Origin: the human T2T-CHM13v2.0 reference genome, Homo sapiens
Reading direction: 5' to 3' (one strand)
DNA: 64,000 nt
Assembly (NCBI RefSeq): GCF_009914755.1
Contig: NC_060942.1
Part shown: one piece after another, positions 39,936-54,309 of the stretch
How positions within the stretch are numbered: the stretch's first letter is position 1
Layout of the letters: each line of letters begins with the position of its first letter
Notes under the pieces: generated by a model
Told to the model about the DNA's origin: nothing
Seen by the model: only the letters and a program-made list of their open reading frames with translations
The model's database searches: none
Position numbers and translations under genes: made by a program

Positions 39936-41079
39936 CCTGGGTAACACCAAAGCTAAGTGTCCTTGTCTTAGAATTTTAGGAAAAGGTATAATGTGTATTA
40001 ACCCATTAACAAAAGGAAAGGAATTCAGAAATATTATTAACCAGGCATCTGTCTGTAGTTAATATGGATCACCCAAAACCCAAGGCTTTTGCCTAATGAA
40101 CACTTTGGGGCACCTACTGTGTGCAAGGCTGGGGGCTGTCAAGCTCAGTTAAAAAAAAAAAGATAGAAGAGATGGATCCATGAGGCAAAGTACAGCCCCA
40201 GGCTAATCCCACGATCACCCGACTTCATGTCCAAGAGTGGCTTCTCACCTTCATTAGCCAGTTCACAATTTTCATGGAGTTTTTCTACCTGCACTAGCAA
40301 AAACTTCAAGGAAAATACATATTAATAAATCTAAGCAAAGTGACCAGAAGACAGAGCAATCAGGAGACCCTTTGCATCCAGCAGAAGAGGAACTGCTAAG
40401 TATTTACATCTCCACAGAGAAGAATTTCTGTTGGGTTTTAATTGAACCCCAAGAACCACATGATTCTTCAACCATTATTGGGAAGATCATTTTCTTAGGT
40501 CTGGTTTTAACTGGCTTTTTATTTGGGAATTCATTTATGTTTATATAAAATGCCAAGCATAACATGAAAAGTGGTTACAGGACTATTCTAAGGGAGAGAC
40601 AGAATGGACACCAAAAATATTCCAATGTTCTTGTGAATCTTTTCCTTGCACCAGGACAAAAAAAAAAAGAAGTGAAAAGAAGAAAGGAGGAGGGGCATAA
40701 TCAGAGTCAGTAAAGACAACTGCTATTTTTATCTATCGTAGCTGTTGCAGTCAAATGGGAAGCAATTTCCAACATTCAACTATGGAGCTGGTACTTACAT
40801 GGAAATAGAAGTTGCCTAGTGTTTGTTGCTGGCAAAGAGTTATCAGAGAGGTTAAATATATAAAAGGGAAAAGAGTCAGATACAGGTTCTTCTTCCTACT
40901 TTAGGTTTTCCACTGTGTGTGCAAATGATACTCCCTGGTGGTGTGCAGATGCCTCAAAGCTATCCTCACACCACAAGGGAGAGGAGCGAGATCCTGCTGT
41001 CCTGGAGAAGTGCAGAGTTAGAACAGCTGTGGCCACTTGCATCCAATCATCAATCTTGAATCACAGGGACTCTTTCTTA

Positions 41080-41440
<361 letters not shown>

Positions 41441-41633
41441 TCAAAAAGTTTTTACAAACTTTTTGCCATTTAATTTCAGTTAGGAGTTTTCCCTACTTCT
41501 GACTTAGTTGAGGGGAAATGTTCATAACATGTTTATAACATGTTTATGTGTGTTAGTTGGTGGGGGTGTATTACTTTGCCATGCCATTTGTTTCCTCCAT
41601 GCGTAACTTAATCCAGACTTTCACACCTTATAG

Positions 41634-41769
41634 GAAAACCAGTGAGTCTGGAGAGCTGCATGGGCTCACAACTGAGGAGGAATTTGTAGAAGGGATATAC
41701 AAAGTGGAAATAGACACCAAATCTTACTGGAAGGCACTTGGCATCTCCCCATTCCATGAGCATGCAGAG
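41634..41769 (+). CDS. TTR: Transthyretin exon 3
   Basis: Acceptor TATAG|G; translates [45 protein letters not shown]; donor GAG|GTGAGT. Confidence 0.99.
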
Positions 41770-42229
41770 GTGAGTATACAGACCTTCGAGGGTTGTTTTG
41801 GTTTTGGTTTTTGCTTTTGGCATTCCAGGAAATGCACAGTTTTACTCAGTGTACCACAGAAATGTCCTAAGGAAGGTGATGAATGACCAAAGGTTCCCTT
41901 TCCTATTATACAAGAAAAAATTCACAACACTCTGAGAAGCAAATTTCTTTTTGACTTTGATGAAAATCCACTTAGTAACATGACTTGAACTTACATGAAA
42001 CTACTCATAGTCTATTCATTCCACTTTATATGAATATTGATGTATCTGCTGTTGAAATAATAGTTTATGAGGCAGCCCTCCAGACCCCACGTAGAGTGTA
42101 TGTAACAAGAGATGCACCATTTTATTTCTCGAAAACCCGTAACATTCTTCATTCCAAAACACATCTGGCTTCTCGGAGGTCTGGACAAGTGATTCTTGGC
42201 AACACATACCTATAGAGACAATAAAATCA

Positions 42230-42480
42230 AAGTAATAATGGCAACACAATAGATAACATTTACCAAGCATACACCATGTGGCAGACACAATTATAAGTGT
42301 TTTCCATATTTAACCTACTTAATCCTCAGGAATAAGCCACTGAGGTCAGTCCTATTATTATCCCCATCTTATAGATGAAGAAAATGAGGCACCAGGAAGT
42401 CAAATAACTTGTCAAAGGTCACAAGACTAGGAAATACACAAGTAGAAATGTTTACAATTAAGGCCCAGGCTGGGTTTGCC
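42230..42480 (-). mobile_element. MIR in TTR intron 3
   Basis: ATTATTATCCCCATCTTATAGATGAAGAAAATGAGGCAC...TAACTTGTCAAAGGTCACA is the MIR core. Confidence 0.8.
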
Positions 42481-43528
42481 CTCAGTTCTGCTATGCCTCG
42501 CATTATGCCCCAGGAAACTTTTTCCCTTGTGAAAGCCAAGCTTAAAAAAAGAAAAGCCACATTTGTAACGTGCTCTGTTCCCCTGCCTATGGTGAGGATC
42601 TTCAAACAGTTATACATGGACCCAGTCCCCCTGCCTTCTCCTTAATTTCTTAAGTCATTTGAAACAGATGGCTGTCATGGAAATAGAATCCAGACATGTT
42701 GGTCAGAGTTAAAGATCAACTAATTCCATCAAAAATAGCTCGGCATGAAAGGGAACTATTCTCTGGCTTAGTCATGGATGAGACTTTCAATTGCTATAAA
42801 GTGGTTCCTTTATTAGACAATGTTACCAGGGAAACAACAGGGGTTTGTTTGACTTCTGGGGCCCACAAGTCAACAAGAGAGCCCCATCTACCAAGGAGCA
42901 TGTCCCTGACTACCCCTCAGCCAGCAGCAAGACATGGACCCCAGTCAGGGCAGGAGCAGGGTTTCGGCGGCGCCCAGCACAAGACATTGCCCCTAGAGTC
43001 TCAGCCCCTACCCTCGAGTAATAGATCTGCCTACCTGAGACTGTTGTTTGCCCAAGAGCTGGGTCTCAGCCTGATGGGAACCATATAAAAAGGTTCACTG
43101 ACATACTGCCCACATGTTGTTCTCTTTCATTAGATCTTAGCTTCCTTGTCTGCTCTTCATTCTTGCAGTATTCATTCAACAAACATTAAAAAAAAAAAAA
43201 AGCATTCTATGTGTGGAACACTCTGCTAGATGCTGTGGATTTAGAAATGAAAATACATCCCGACCCTTGGAATGGAAGGGAAAGGACTGAAGTAAGACAG
43301 ATTAAGCAGGACCGTCAGCCCAGCTTGAAGCCCAGATAAATACGGAGAACAAGAGAGAGCGAGTAGTGAGAGATGAGTCCCAATGCCTCACTTTGGTGAC
43401 GGGTGCGTGGTGGGCTTCATGCAGCTTCTTCTGATAAATGCCTCCTTCAGAACTGGTCAACTCTACCTTGGCCAGTGACCCAGGTGGTCATAGTAGATTT
43501 ACCAAGGGAAAATGGAAACTTTTATTAG

Positions 43529-43900
<372 letters not shown>

Positions 43901-45081
43901 TAAGAAGAATCAAGTGGGCTGAAGGTCAATGTCACCATAAGACAAAAGACATTTTTATTAGTTGATTCTAGGGAATTGGCCTTAAGGGGAGCCCTTTCTT
44001 CCTAAGAGATTCTTAGGTGATTCTCACTTCCTCTTGCCCCAGTATTATTTTTGTTTTTGGTATGGCTCACTCAGATCCTTTTTTCCTCCTATCCCTAAGT
44101 AATCCGGGTTTCTTTTTCCCATATTTAGAACAAAATGTATTTATGCAGAGTGTGTCCAAACCTCAACCCAAGGCCTGTATACAAAATAAATCAAATTAAA
44201 CACATCTTTACTGTCTTCTACCTCTTTCCTGACCTCAATATATCCCAACTTGCCTCACTCTGAGAACCAAGGCTGTCCCAGCACCTGAGTCGCAGATATT
44301 CTACTGATTTGACAGAACTGTGTGACTATCTGGAACAGCATTTTGATCCACAATTTGCCCAGTTACAAAGCTTAAATGAGCTCTAGTGCATGCATATATA
44401 TTTCAAAATTCCACCATGATCTTCCACACTCTGTATTGTAAATAGAGCCCTGTAATGCTTTTACTTCGTATTTCATTGCTTGTTATACATAAAAATATAC
44501 TTTTCTTCTTCATGTTAGAAAATGCAAAGAATAGGAGGGTGGGGGAATCTCTGGGCTTGGAGACAGGAGACTTGCCTTCCTACTATGGTTCCATCAGAAT
44601 GTAGACTGGGACAATACAATAATTCAAGTCTGGTTTGCTCATCTGTAAATTGGGAAGAATGTTTCCAGCTCCAGAATGCTAAATCTCTAAGTCTGTGGTT
44701 GGCAGCCACTATTGCAGCAGCTCTTCAATGACTCAATGCAGTTTTGCATTCTCCCTACCTTTTTTTTCTAAAACCAATAAAATAGATACAGCCTTTAGGC
44801 TTTCTGGGATTTCCCTTAGTCAAGCTAGGGTCATCCTGACTTTCGGCGTGAATTTGCAAAACAAGACCTGACTCTGTACTCCTGCTCTAAGGACTGTGCA
44901 TGGTTCCAAAGGCTTAGCTTGCCAGCATATTTGAGCTTTTTCCTTCTGTTCAAACTGTTCCAAAATATAAAAGAATAAAATTAATTAAGTTGGCACTGGA
45001 CTTCCGGTGGTCAGTCATGTGTGTCATCTGTCACGTTTTTCGGGCTCTGGTGGAAATGGATCTGTCTGTCTTCTCTCATAG

Positions 45082-45189
<108 letters not shown>

Positions 45190-45311
45190 GGGACTTCTCC
45201 TCCAGTGGACCTGAAGGACGAGGGATGGGATTTCATGTAACCAAGAGTATTCCATTTTTACTAAAGCAGTGTTTTCACCTCATATGCTATGTTAGAAGTC
45301 CAGGCAGAGAC

Positions 45312-45317
45312 AATAAA
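45312..45317 (+). terminator. TTR: TTR polyadenylation signal
   Basis: AATAAA ~120 nt after the stop, followed by a T-rich downstream tract. Confidence 0.9.
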
Positions 45318-45506
45318 ACATTCCTGTGAAAGGCACTTTTCATTCCACTTTAACTTGATTTTTTAAATTCCCTTATTGTCCCTTCCAAAAAAAAGAGAAT
45401 CAAAATTTTACAAAGAATCAAAGGAATTCTAGAAAGTATCTGGGCAGAACGCTAGGAGAGATCCAAATTTCCATTGTCTTGCAAGCAAAGCACGTATTAA
45501 ATATGA

Positions 45507-45936
<430 letters not shown>

Positions 45937-46484
45937 CCTACTCTGGGCATTTCTTTGATTAAAGAGAAGGGGAGCTCCAACAAGATACACCTGCAGCAAC
46001 TCAGGCCGTCTGATCAGTTCAGGCCAGATCTACACTGCAACCAGCCAGGTCAGGGGAAAACCAAAGAACCCCACACACCCAATTTACTTAGGCTGATCCA
46101 AAATCCATGTATGGAGAACTCACATGCACCAGGCACTATTTTAGGTGAACTGAATATAAAGAATAGGACCCAGTACCTGCATTTACTTAAAGAACTCACA
46201 ATCTTTTGAGAACATAACTGTTTCATCATGGTTTGGCAGGAGGCTATGGTACAAGGCACAGCAAGGGTAAGAAGGAGGAAGAAACCAACACCCTACAGAA
46301 ATCAGGGAATGACTCTGAATAGGTGTCACTTAATCTGAGTGTTGGTAATTTGTCAGATAGACAAGGGAAAAGGTATTCTAGGTAGAGAGAATACAGTTTG
46401 CAAGGCCCAGCCAAGTGAAACAATTTGATAAGTTGAGAGAGCAGACGACGATTCAGAATGTTGAAGGGCAAAGGTATTGAGGTG

Positions 46485-46905
46485 GGATGGGTTATGCTGC
46501 TATCACAAATAACCCCAAATCTCGGGGGCTTAACAAAGTAAAAGTTTAGTCTCAGTTGTGCCAGGTCCAATGTAGAACTCTTTGCTCTAGAGACTCTTTA
46601 GGGTGGCTTTCCTTCTAATGGTGACTGTTTGAGACAGTTTGATTTAGTCTTGTGGCTTCAAGGTCACTCTGGTGATATTTAGCCAGCAGACTGAGGGAAC
46701 ATAGTATGGTATTAGACCCCTCTGTGCTGAAGTGTCACACATGAGTCCCATTGACTTCTCACTGGCCAGAGCTAGTTACATGCCCCCATCTAGATGTGCT
46801 GAGAAATGTGGCCCCTGGCTGGGAGCCATTTCCCAGAACAACTAACTCTATGCTCTGGAAGAGGAGCACTAATCTGAGTTGGCCAACAACCATCTCTACC
46901 ACAGT
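46485..46905 (-). mobile_element. MLT1 (old MaLR) LTR, antisense
   Basis: TTATGCTGCTATCACAAATAACCCCAAATCTCGGGGGCTTAACA; TGGCCAGAGCTAGTTACATGCCCC. Confidence 0.7.
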
Positions 46906-47541
46906 AGGGTTGGGACTGGTGGGGCATGAGGCTGGAGTGAAGGTTGGTTTTATCTGCCACGCGTTACAGCTGTGAATTTGTCTTGAAAGCAACATGGGTC
47001 CATTGAAGGGAACCTTGACATCAGTCATGTGGCTGGGACAAGAATAGTTACCACTTGCCCGTAATCTCCAACCAGGATTCTCCAGGAGAACCTGAGTTAG
47101 ACACATGGCTTAGGCCTAAACCTACCTGAGTGGTCTTTCTATTTTCCTCCAAATTCAAATCTCAAATCTTGCTACCCTCTAACTGGCTATGTTGAGAGAG
47201 GAAAAAACTTGAAGAGAATGCAGTGTAGCTTTGGAGTTTTTCACATGCACTTTTCCCAAGATACATAGCAAAATCAATGTCTCCAATTCTATTAATGTTG
47301 TTAGCAAGTCCTTGTTCCATGCATATTGGTTAATCCATAGCAAATTGCCATTTTTATAGACTAAATGGTCAAATATTGGCAATTTCATAAGGTTCAGTCT
47401 ATTACCTACCATGATTGTATTGGTCACTAACCTGCCTATTTTTAGAATGCTACATATTCATTTGGCTGTTGTTAAATAGCTATGGATTTTTATAATCAAA
47501 ACAGGTTGAAAATATGAATCAGTTTAAAACCACATACATGT

Positions 47542-47830
47542 GGCCAAGCACGGTGGCTCATGCTTGTAACCCCAGCACTTTGGGGGGCCAAGGCAGGCAG
47601 ATCACTTTAGGTCAGGAGTTCAAGACCAGCCTAGCCAACATGGTGAAACCCCATCTCTACTAAAAACACAAAAATTAGCTGGGCATGGTGGCGGGCACCT
47701 GTAGTCCCAGCTACTCAAGGCTGAGGCAGGAGAATCGCTTGAACCCTGGGGAGTGGAGGTTGCAGTGAGCTGAGATCACGCCACTGTACTCCAGCCTGGG
47801 CGACAGAGCAAGACTCTGTCTGAAAGAAAA
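47542..47830 (+). mobile_element. AluS
   Basis: GGCCAAGCACGGTGGCTCATGC to GAGCAAGACTCTGTC. Confidence 0.93.
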
Positions 47831-47834
47831 TAAA

Positions 47835-48190
47835 CTATATACGTATTTTTAAAGGAACTGGTTCATGCAATTATGGGAGCTGGCAGGTTTAAAATCTACA
47901 GGGCAGGCCCACAGGCAGGAAACCCAGGGAAGGGTTGATGTTGCAGTCTCATCCGGAAGCAGAATTCCTTTTTCCTCATGGGTCAGGAGGAGGAGCCTGA
48001 GTCTATTCTTTTAAGGCTGTCAAGTGATTGGAAGGGGCTCACCCACATTATGAAGGGTCATCTACTTTGCTCAAAGTCTAGGGGCTTAAATGTCAATCAC
48101 GTCTAAAATATACTTTCACAGCAACATCTAGGCTGGTGTTTGACCAAAAATAGGCCTAACCAAGTTGACTGTAAAATTAACCATCACAGT
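47835..48190 (-). mobile_element. MLT2 (ERVL) LTR fragment, antisense
   Basis: AAGGAACTGGTTCATGCAATTATGGGAGCTGGCA...CAAGTTGACTGTAAAATTAACCATCACA. Confidence 0.75.
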
Positions 48191-49126
48191 CCCCTTCCCC
48201 AAATTTGTTCATCATAGAATGAAATCTTTGGCCACATTCCTATTCTTGAGGTCACGGGGAAAACTGATATATCATGATGAAGATCCCTCCAGCTTTAGGG
48301 AATTAAGAGATGCCTGTGTTTCTGATTAGTGGGGAAGGCTATGAATGGAATTAATTAACATACTCATTTATCTTTTGGGGTATCTTATGGGAATCAAGTG
48401 TAGGGCTGGCTGGAGCCCACCAAGGTTGATATGTTAGAAGCAGGATATTGGCAGGATTTTCTTATAAGCATTCATCGGCATTTCAAGGCTTTAGGTGAGC
48501 AGTTCCTCACCATTTAAATTAATTGAGAACTCAATAACTACTCCGGCAAAATTAAGTTTCTCTGCTTTTCAGGGCTTTCCAAAGCTCCCCAGATGGCTTT
48601 GGGCAAATTGCTTGATCTTATGTATCTATTTTCTTATCCCAAAACAAGCCTCCAAACCTAGCATTCAGTGGCTCTCTAACCTGAACCTAACCTACCCCTC
48701 CAGCTTTTTCCATCGTGAGTTTCCAGCTCTCTGCTTCTGAAAATCTAGTTCCCATCTCCCTCTCTGCTATGATCACACTAACTCCCACCAAGACATTTTA
48801 GCTGATGTGGTTTTCTACAACTTAGACAACTATTCCTCCACATGTCCCATCTTTTAAATACGATTCATAATCTCTTTAATATACACAGAGTTCTAGTGAA
48901 TTTACATTAAATAAGTGGGCCCCCTGTATAAGATGGCAGATGTGGGTGGACACGCAGTCCACATGAGAGGTTCAAACGGCGAATACCATGAGACAATATG
49001 TTCAGTATTGCAAGGCAAAAAGAGAAGTTGAGCTAAATATTAAAAGTAATTTTTGACTTTCAGAATGGCAAAGATTTCAATGAATATAAACCTAGGACAA
49101 AATTTGGAAGAAGCCCGCAGGAGGTT

Positions 49127-49520
49127 TTATTCATTTCCTGGGGCTGTAATAATAAAGTACCAAAAACAGAGTGGCTTAAAACAACAGGAATGTATTGTCT
49201 CACAGCTCTGGAGGATAGAAGTCTGAAATTAAGGTATTTTCTGGGCCATACTTCCTCCAAAACTCGCAGGGGAGAATCCTTCCTTGCCTCTTCCTAGCTT
49301 CTGTTGGTGGCACTTGATCTTTGGAGTTCCTTGGCTTGCAGCCACATCACTCCATGATCTGCCTCTGTCATCACATGATGCTCTCCCTGTGTCTTTTTCC
49401 AAATTTTCCTCTTCTAAGGACCCCAGTCATGCTGGATTAGGGTCCACCCTAATTACCTGCTCTTAACTAAATACATCTGTAAAGACTATTTCCAAATAAG
49501 GTCACATTCACAGGTCATGA
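49127..49520 (-). mobile_element. MLT1 LTR, antisense
   Basis: GTGGCTTAAAACAACAGGAATGTATTGTCTCACAG; TATTTCCAAATAAGGTCACATTC. Confidence 0.8.
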
Positions 49521-49629
49521 TTTTTGCAAAGGCACCTTTAGGTCTTTGTTGTTCTGTGTTAGTATCTTCTGCTTATGTCCTTTCGTGGCCATTGTTATGG
49601 GTGAAACTATGTCCCCTGAAAAAGACATT

Positions 49630-50658
49630 GAATAAAAATCTGACATAGTTGGCTCCATCTTGCTTCTAACCTTCAAGCTGTACCTTAGTCATTCCTGGGC
49701 ATAGGCCAAGCTAACTTTGAGATGAATTTATTGTCTTTTTTAACCTTAAAGCAAGAATAATAATAGCTTTTCCCAAACTAAACCACCTTTGTGAAACTAA
49801 TAAAAGGGCACAAGTTTAGGATTTTGAGATGTGCCTAAATTATGCTAAGATATAGGCATAATTAAACACTAACCAGCCACTCACTATTGTGGAGGTCACA
49901 AGATTTATAACTTCCCCAATTACTCCTGTAAATAACATCACCATTATAAAACCTAAGATTGGCCTTTTAAAAGGTTTTTTTCAGACTTTTACACTTCTGA
50001 CAATCAACTGACTTGGACTTCACCTCAACCCACAACTGTGACTCAACTGGTCCTGTGGCCCTCACCCAGAGGCTGACTCAGTGCACAAGGACTGTTTTCC
50101 ACACCCCTATGATTTCATCTCCAACCAATCAACATTCACTACTCCCTAGCCCCCTGCCCACCAAACTATGCTTTTTTTTTTTTTTTTTTTTTTTTTCTGA
50201 GACAGGGTCTTGCTCTGTTGCCCAAGCTGGAGGGCAGTGGCACCATCACGGCTCACTGCAGCCTCAAACTTCTGAGATCCAACAATCCTCCTGCCTCAGT
50301 CTCCTGAGAAACTGGGACTTCAGGTGTACACCATCACACCTGGCTAATTTAAAAATGTTTTATAGAGACAGGGTCTTACTATGTTGCCTTGGCTGGTCTC
50401 CAACTCCTGGGTTCAAGCAGTCCTCTGCCTTGGCCTCCCAAAGTGCTGGGATTACAAGTGTGAGCCAGCACACCTGGCCCACACTTTCCTTTAAAAACCC
50501 CTAACCTCCAAGTCTTTGGGGAGACTGATTTGAGTAATAACTCTAGTTCTTCCACATGGCTGGCCTTGCATTAATTAAACTCTTGATTTACTGTAATACC
50601 ATGGTCTCAATGAATTGCTTTTGTATGCACAGCAGGAAAAATGCATCAGGCAATTACA
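49630..50658 (+). mobile_element. LTR8-family ERV1 LTR interrupted by an antisense AluJ (50172-50480)
   Basis: CTCCATCTTGCTTCTAACC, CATTCCTGGGCATAGGCCAAGCTAACTTT and CCACACCCCTATGATT are shared with the LTR at 1-709; ends CAATTACA; explains ORF 50013-50504. Confidence 0.8.
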
Positions 50659-51119
50659 GACCAAGGGAGCAAACAACCATTTCAGTCGAAGCAGCATGGG
50701 CAGAGGACAGTCAGCGACCAGACAACACATTCCCCTTTATGTCAAGATGCTCCATAGCCTCCAAAAGGTGGATGGAATTCATGGAAAAACAAAGAAGGCT
50801 GAGCATTAAACTGGAAGTCAAATTGAGTTGGTTTCAACAGGTAAGATTAAGTAGGCTGATACCAAAAGGAACTATGGACAGGAAAGCTAAGTTTAATTCA
50901 GATATATGTATAGCATCGCTCTCTCTCTCTCTCTCTCTAATACACACACACACACACATACTCACACATTATTTGTTCTGTTTCTCTGGAGAACACTGAC
51001 TTATACAGGTACTGTACTATCATCCACCCTTTGAAGGTCCCTTTGTATGGTAATAGGGAAGACTTGTAGGTTCTGGAGCAGGGGAACAACATGATGGAAG
51101 TTGAGTTTAAGAAAACATT

Positions 51120-52570
51120 TAATCACTGATCATCAGAGAAATGCAAATCAAAACTACAATAAGATATCATCTCAGTCCAGTTAACATGGTTTACATTACA
51201 AAAAAACAGGCAATAACAAATGCTGGCAAGAATGTGGAGAAAAAGAAGGGAACTACCATTTGATCCAGCAATCCCACTACTCAGTATCTATCCACACAGA
51301 GGAAAAGAAGTCATTATATGAACAAGACACTTGCACACGCATGTTTATAGCAGCACAACTTGCAATTGCAAAAATATGGAACAGCCGAAATGCCCATCAA
51401 TCAATGAGTGGATATATATATATATATACCACAATTTTTTTATCCACTCATTGATTAATAAAGCTACTTTTTATGGCTGTGTAGTATTCCATTATATATA
51501 TGTATATATACTTTTTATGGCTGAGTAGTATGATATAAAAGGAACCAGATAATGGCATTTGCAGCAACCCGGATGGAATTGGAGACCATTATTCTCAGTG
51601 AAGTAACTCAGGAATGGAAAACCAAGCAGCGTATGTTCTCACTCATAAGTGGGAGCTAAGCAATGAGGATTCAAAGGCATAAGAATGATACAACGGACTT
51701 TGAGGACTTGGGGAGGGGGGATGGATGGGAGCGAGGTGAGGGATAAGACTACAAATTGTGTGCAGTGTATACTGCTCTAGTAATGGGTGCACTAAAATCT
51801 CAGAAATTATCCCTAAAGGACTTAATCATGTACCAAATACCACCTGTTCCCCCAAAACCTACGGAAATAAAAAATAAAAATAAATAATAAAGAATGTGGA
51901 GAAAATGGAAGCCTCGTACACTGTTAGCGGTAATGTAAATTATTACAACCACTGTAGAGGACAGTTTGGAGGTTCTTCAAAAAGCTAAAAATTCAGCTAC
52001 CACATGATCCAGCAATCCCACTGTTGGGTACATCTCCAAAAGAAAGGAAATCAGTATATCAAAGAGATATCTGCACTCACTCCTATGTTTGTTGCAGCGC
52101 TGTTGACAATATCTAAGATTTGGAAGCAACCTAAGTATCCATCAACAGATGAATAAAGAAAATGTGGTACGTATACACAACAGATCACTATTCAGCCATA
52201 AGATCCAGTCATTTGGAATACGGTAGATGGAACTGGAGATTATTATGTTAAATGAAATAAGCCAGGCACAGAAAGACAAACATTGCATGTTCTCACTTAT
52301 TTGTGAGATCTAAAAATCAAAACAAGTGAACTCATGAACATAGAGAATAGAAGGACAGTTACCAGAGGCTGTGAAGGACAGTGGGGGGCTTGGGGGAGGC
52401 AGGGATGGTTAATGGGTACAAAACACAGAAAGAATAAATAAGACCTACTATTTGATAGTATAACAGGGTGACTATAGTCAATAATAACTTAACTGTATGT
52501 TTTAAAATAACCTAAAGAAGGTAATTGGATTATTTGTGACTCAGAGGATAAATGCTTGAGGGGATGAATT
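51120..52570 (+). mobile_element. L1MA-like 3' end containing a nested younger L1PB-like 3' end (51244-51889)
   Basis: ATCAGAGAAATGCAAATCAAAAC ORF2-end motif; 16-bp TSD AAGAATGTGGAGAAAA at 51228-51243 and 51890-51905. Confidence 0.85.
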
Positions 52571-54309
52571 TAAAAAGGAAAACAAAGTTTGTAGGAATGA
52601 ACATCATAGGACTGATTGGGAGAAGGTAGAGGAATCATACTGCCATATTGGTAGCAATGAAGATTTGAGGTGATGTGACGTTGCATTAGGGAGGCAGACA
52701 TGGAAATGCAAGAAAAGGAATGCATGTCAGATCTTAAAATGTATATGTGATGGGAAGAGGTTTGATTTGCATTCCTCAGGGAAAAATCATGAGGTAGATT
52801 AAAAAGCAACCGATGCCTTGCAGGGGGATGAATGATGAGGCTCTGATCCCATTTACCTGTCTGGACTTTCTACCTTGTGAATCAATCATTTGTATCCCAA
52901 TATGAAAACATAAAGTCAGTCTTTGTAAAGAAGCTGTGTGTGCTGTGGGTATGGTTGACGGTAAATGTTTAACTGGCTCTTTGGAGAAAAAAAGCTAGCT
53001 CAAGGTTGTAATGTTTGCCAATTTTCATGGTAAAAACAATCTCACCATGGCAATTTCAAACTACCACCATGATGTCATTAAATGCACAGTTGGGAAGAGT
53101 TATACAGTAGTCTGGTGTAGTATTTCTACCATACAGATACAACAGATAGAAACAGCCTCAAGAGGACAGGTAAGGTAGTTAGGAAGTAATAAGATTTGAC
53201 TATTTATTACCTTTGTTTGAATGTAAGTTAATGCTAAGTTCAATAACCAGCTTACAAAATTTCTGAAAATTTAAAATAAGCCATTAGTTGCTGATTCCAG
53301 CACACTACTGCACATATCCTCTGTGTTACAACTCCTTTCTATAACGGTGTGAGTGGGTATGTGTATGAATATTGAGGCGGAGAGTTTAAACAAGAGTGTC
53401 ATTTAAAAGAAGGGTATTCATTCTCATAAAATGTCCCTGCCCTTTTTAATAAGATGAAAAAGCTACATATGATGTCTATGTAAGGCACACTCAAATAAAC
53501 ATAATATTTGAATGGGACATTAATATGTGAGAGGCTATTTCACAATTACCTCTTCTAAAGGCTCTCCTTTGCCACATATTCTATCTTGAGGGAACCAGGA
53601 ATCCCCGTTGAAATCAGTGGATGCCCTGAGACTATGAACCTAGACTTTACAGGTAAAAATTACTGGTCTGGTCACATATAGAAGTTGATTAGTGATTTTT
53701 TCCCATTAACCATCCTCATATTTCAAGATGCTAGATTGCTAAAGCCTGGAAAATCATTTCTGATATAAGAACAGATATTCAGCAGTTTTGGAGATGGAAG
53801 CAATGCCAGAGATGGGACTATTTCTTCTTATTGTTTTAGATGTAAACATTAAAAAAAAAAAAACAGGATGCACACTTAGTCCCTACCTCTAAGTGTATTT
53901 GTCTCTCTCTCTAGTCATCTTCTCCTCTCCCTTCCCAGAGCCCAGGGCTGTGTTTTGGGAGCTGAGTTAGAAGCAGCTGCGGAGTGGTGCTGCCTAAGGA
54001 CAAAAGAGAAATTATTGGAGACGATATAATAAATGAATGGAGTCATGTGAAATAGGGGAGGCATGGAAATGAGCACGTGTGGTCAGCACTGCTGGAGAAC
54101 CCAGGTCAGAGAGCAGAGGGCAGCTTGATGGATGTGGATAGCTCATGCACCTTGCCCCTTGTATGTCAGGCCAGGCACTTTGTTAGTGAAAGCAACATAG
54201 AGGAGTTGTTTCTCCCACATCAATCGCAGGTTTTTAAGCAGAGATGCGTCATGTTTAGATTAGTATTCCAAATCAGTGTTTCTTATTTTTAAAAAACATC
54301 TATACAATG

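Noticed and set aside
41557-41886. 109-aa ORF containing TTR peptide
   Set aside because: It is TTR exon 3 read through its flanking introns, not a separate gene
42696-43088. 130-aa ATG ORF in TTR intron 3
   Set aside because: No recognisable homology or promoter support
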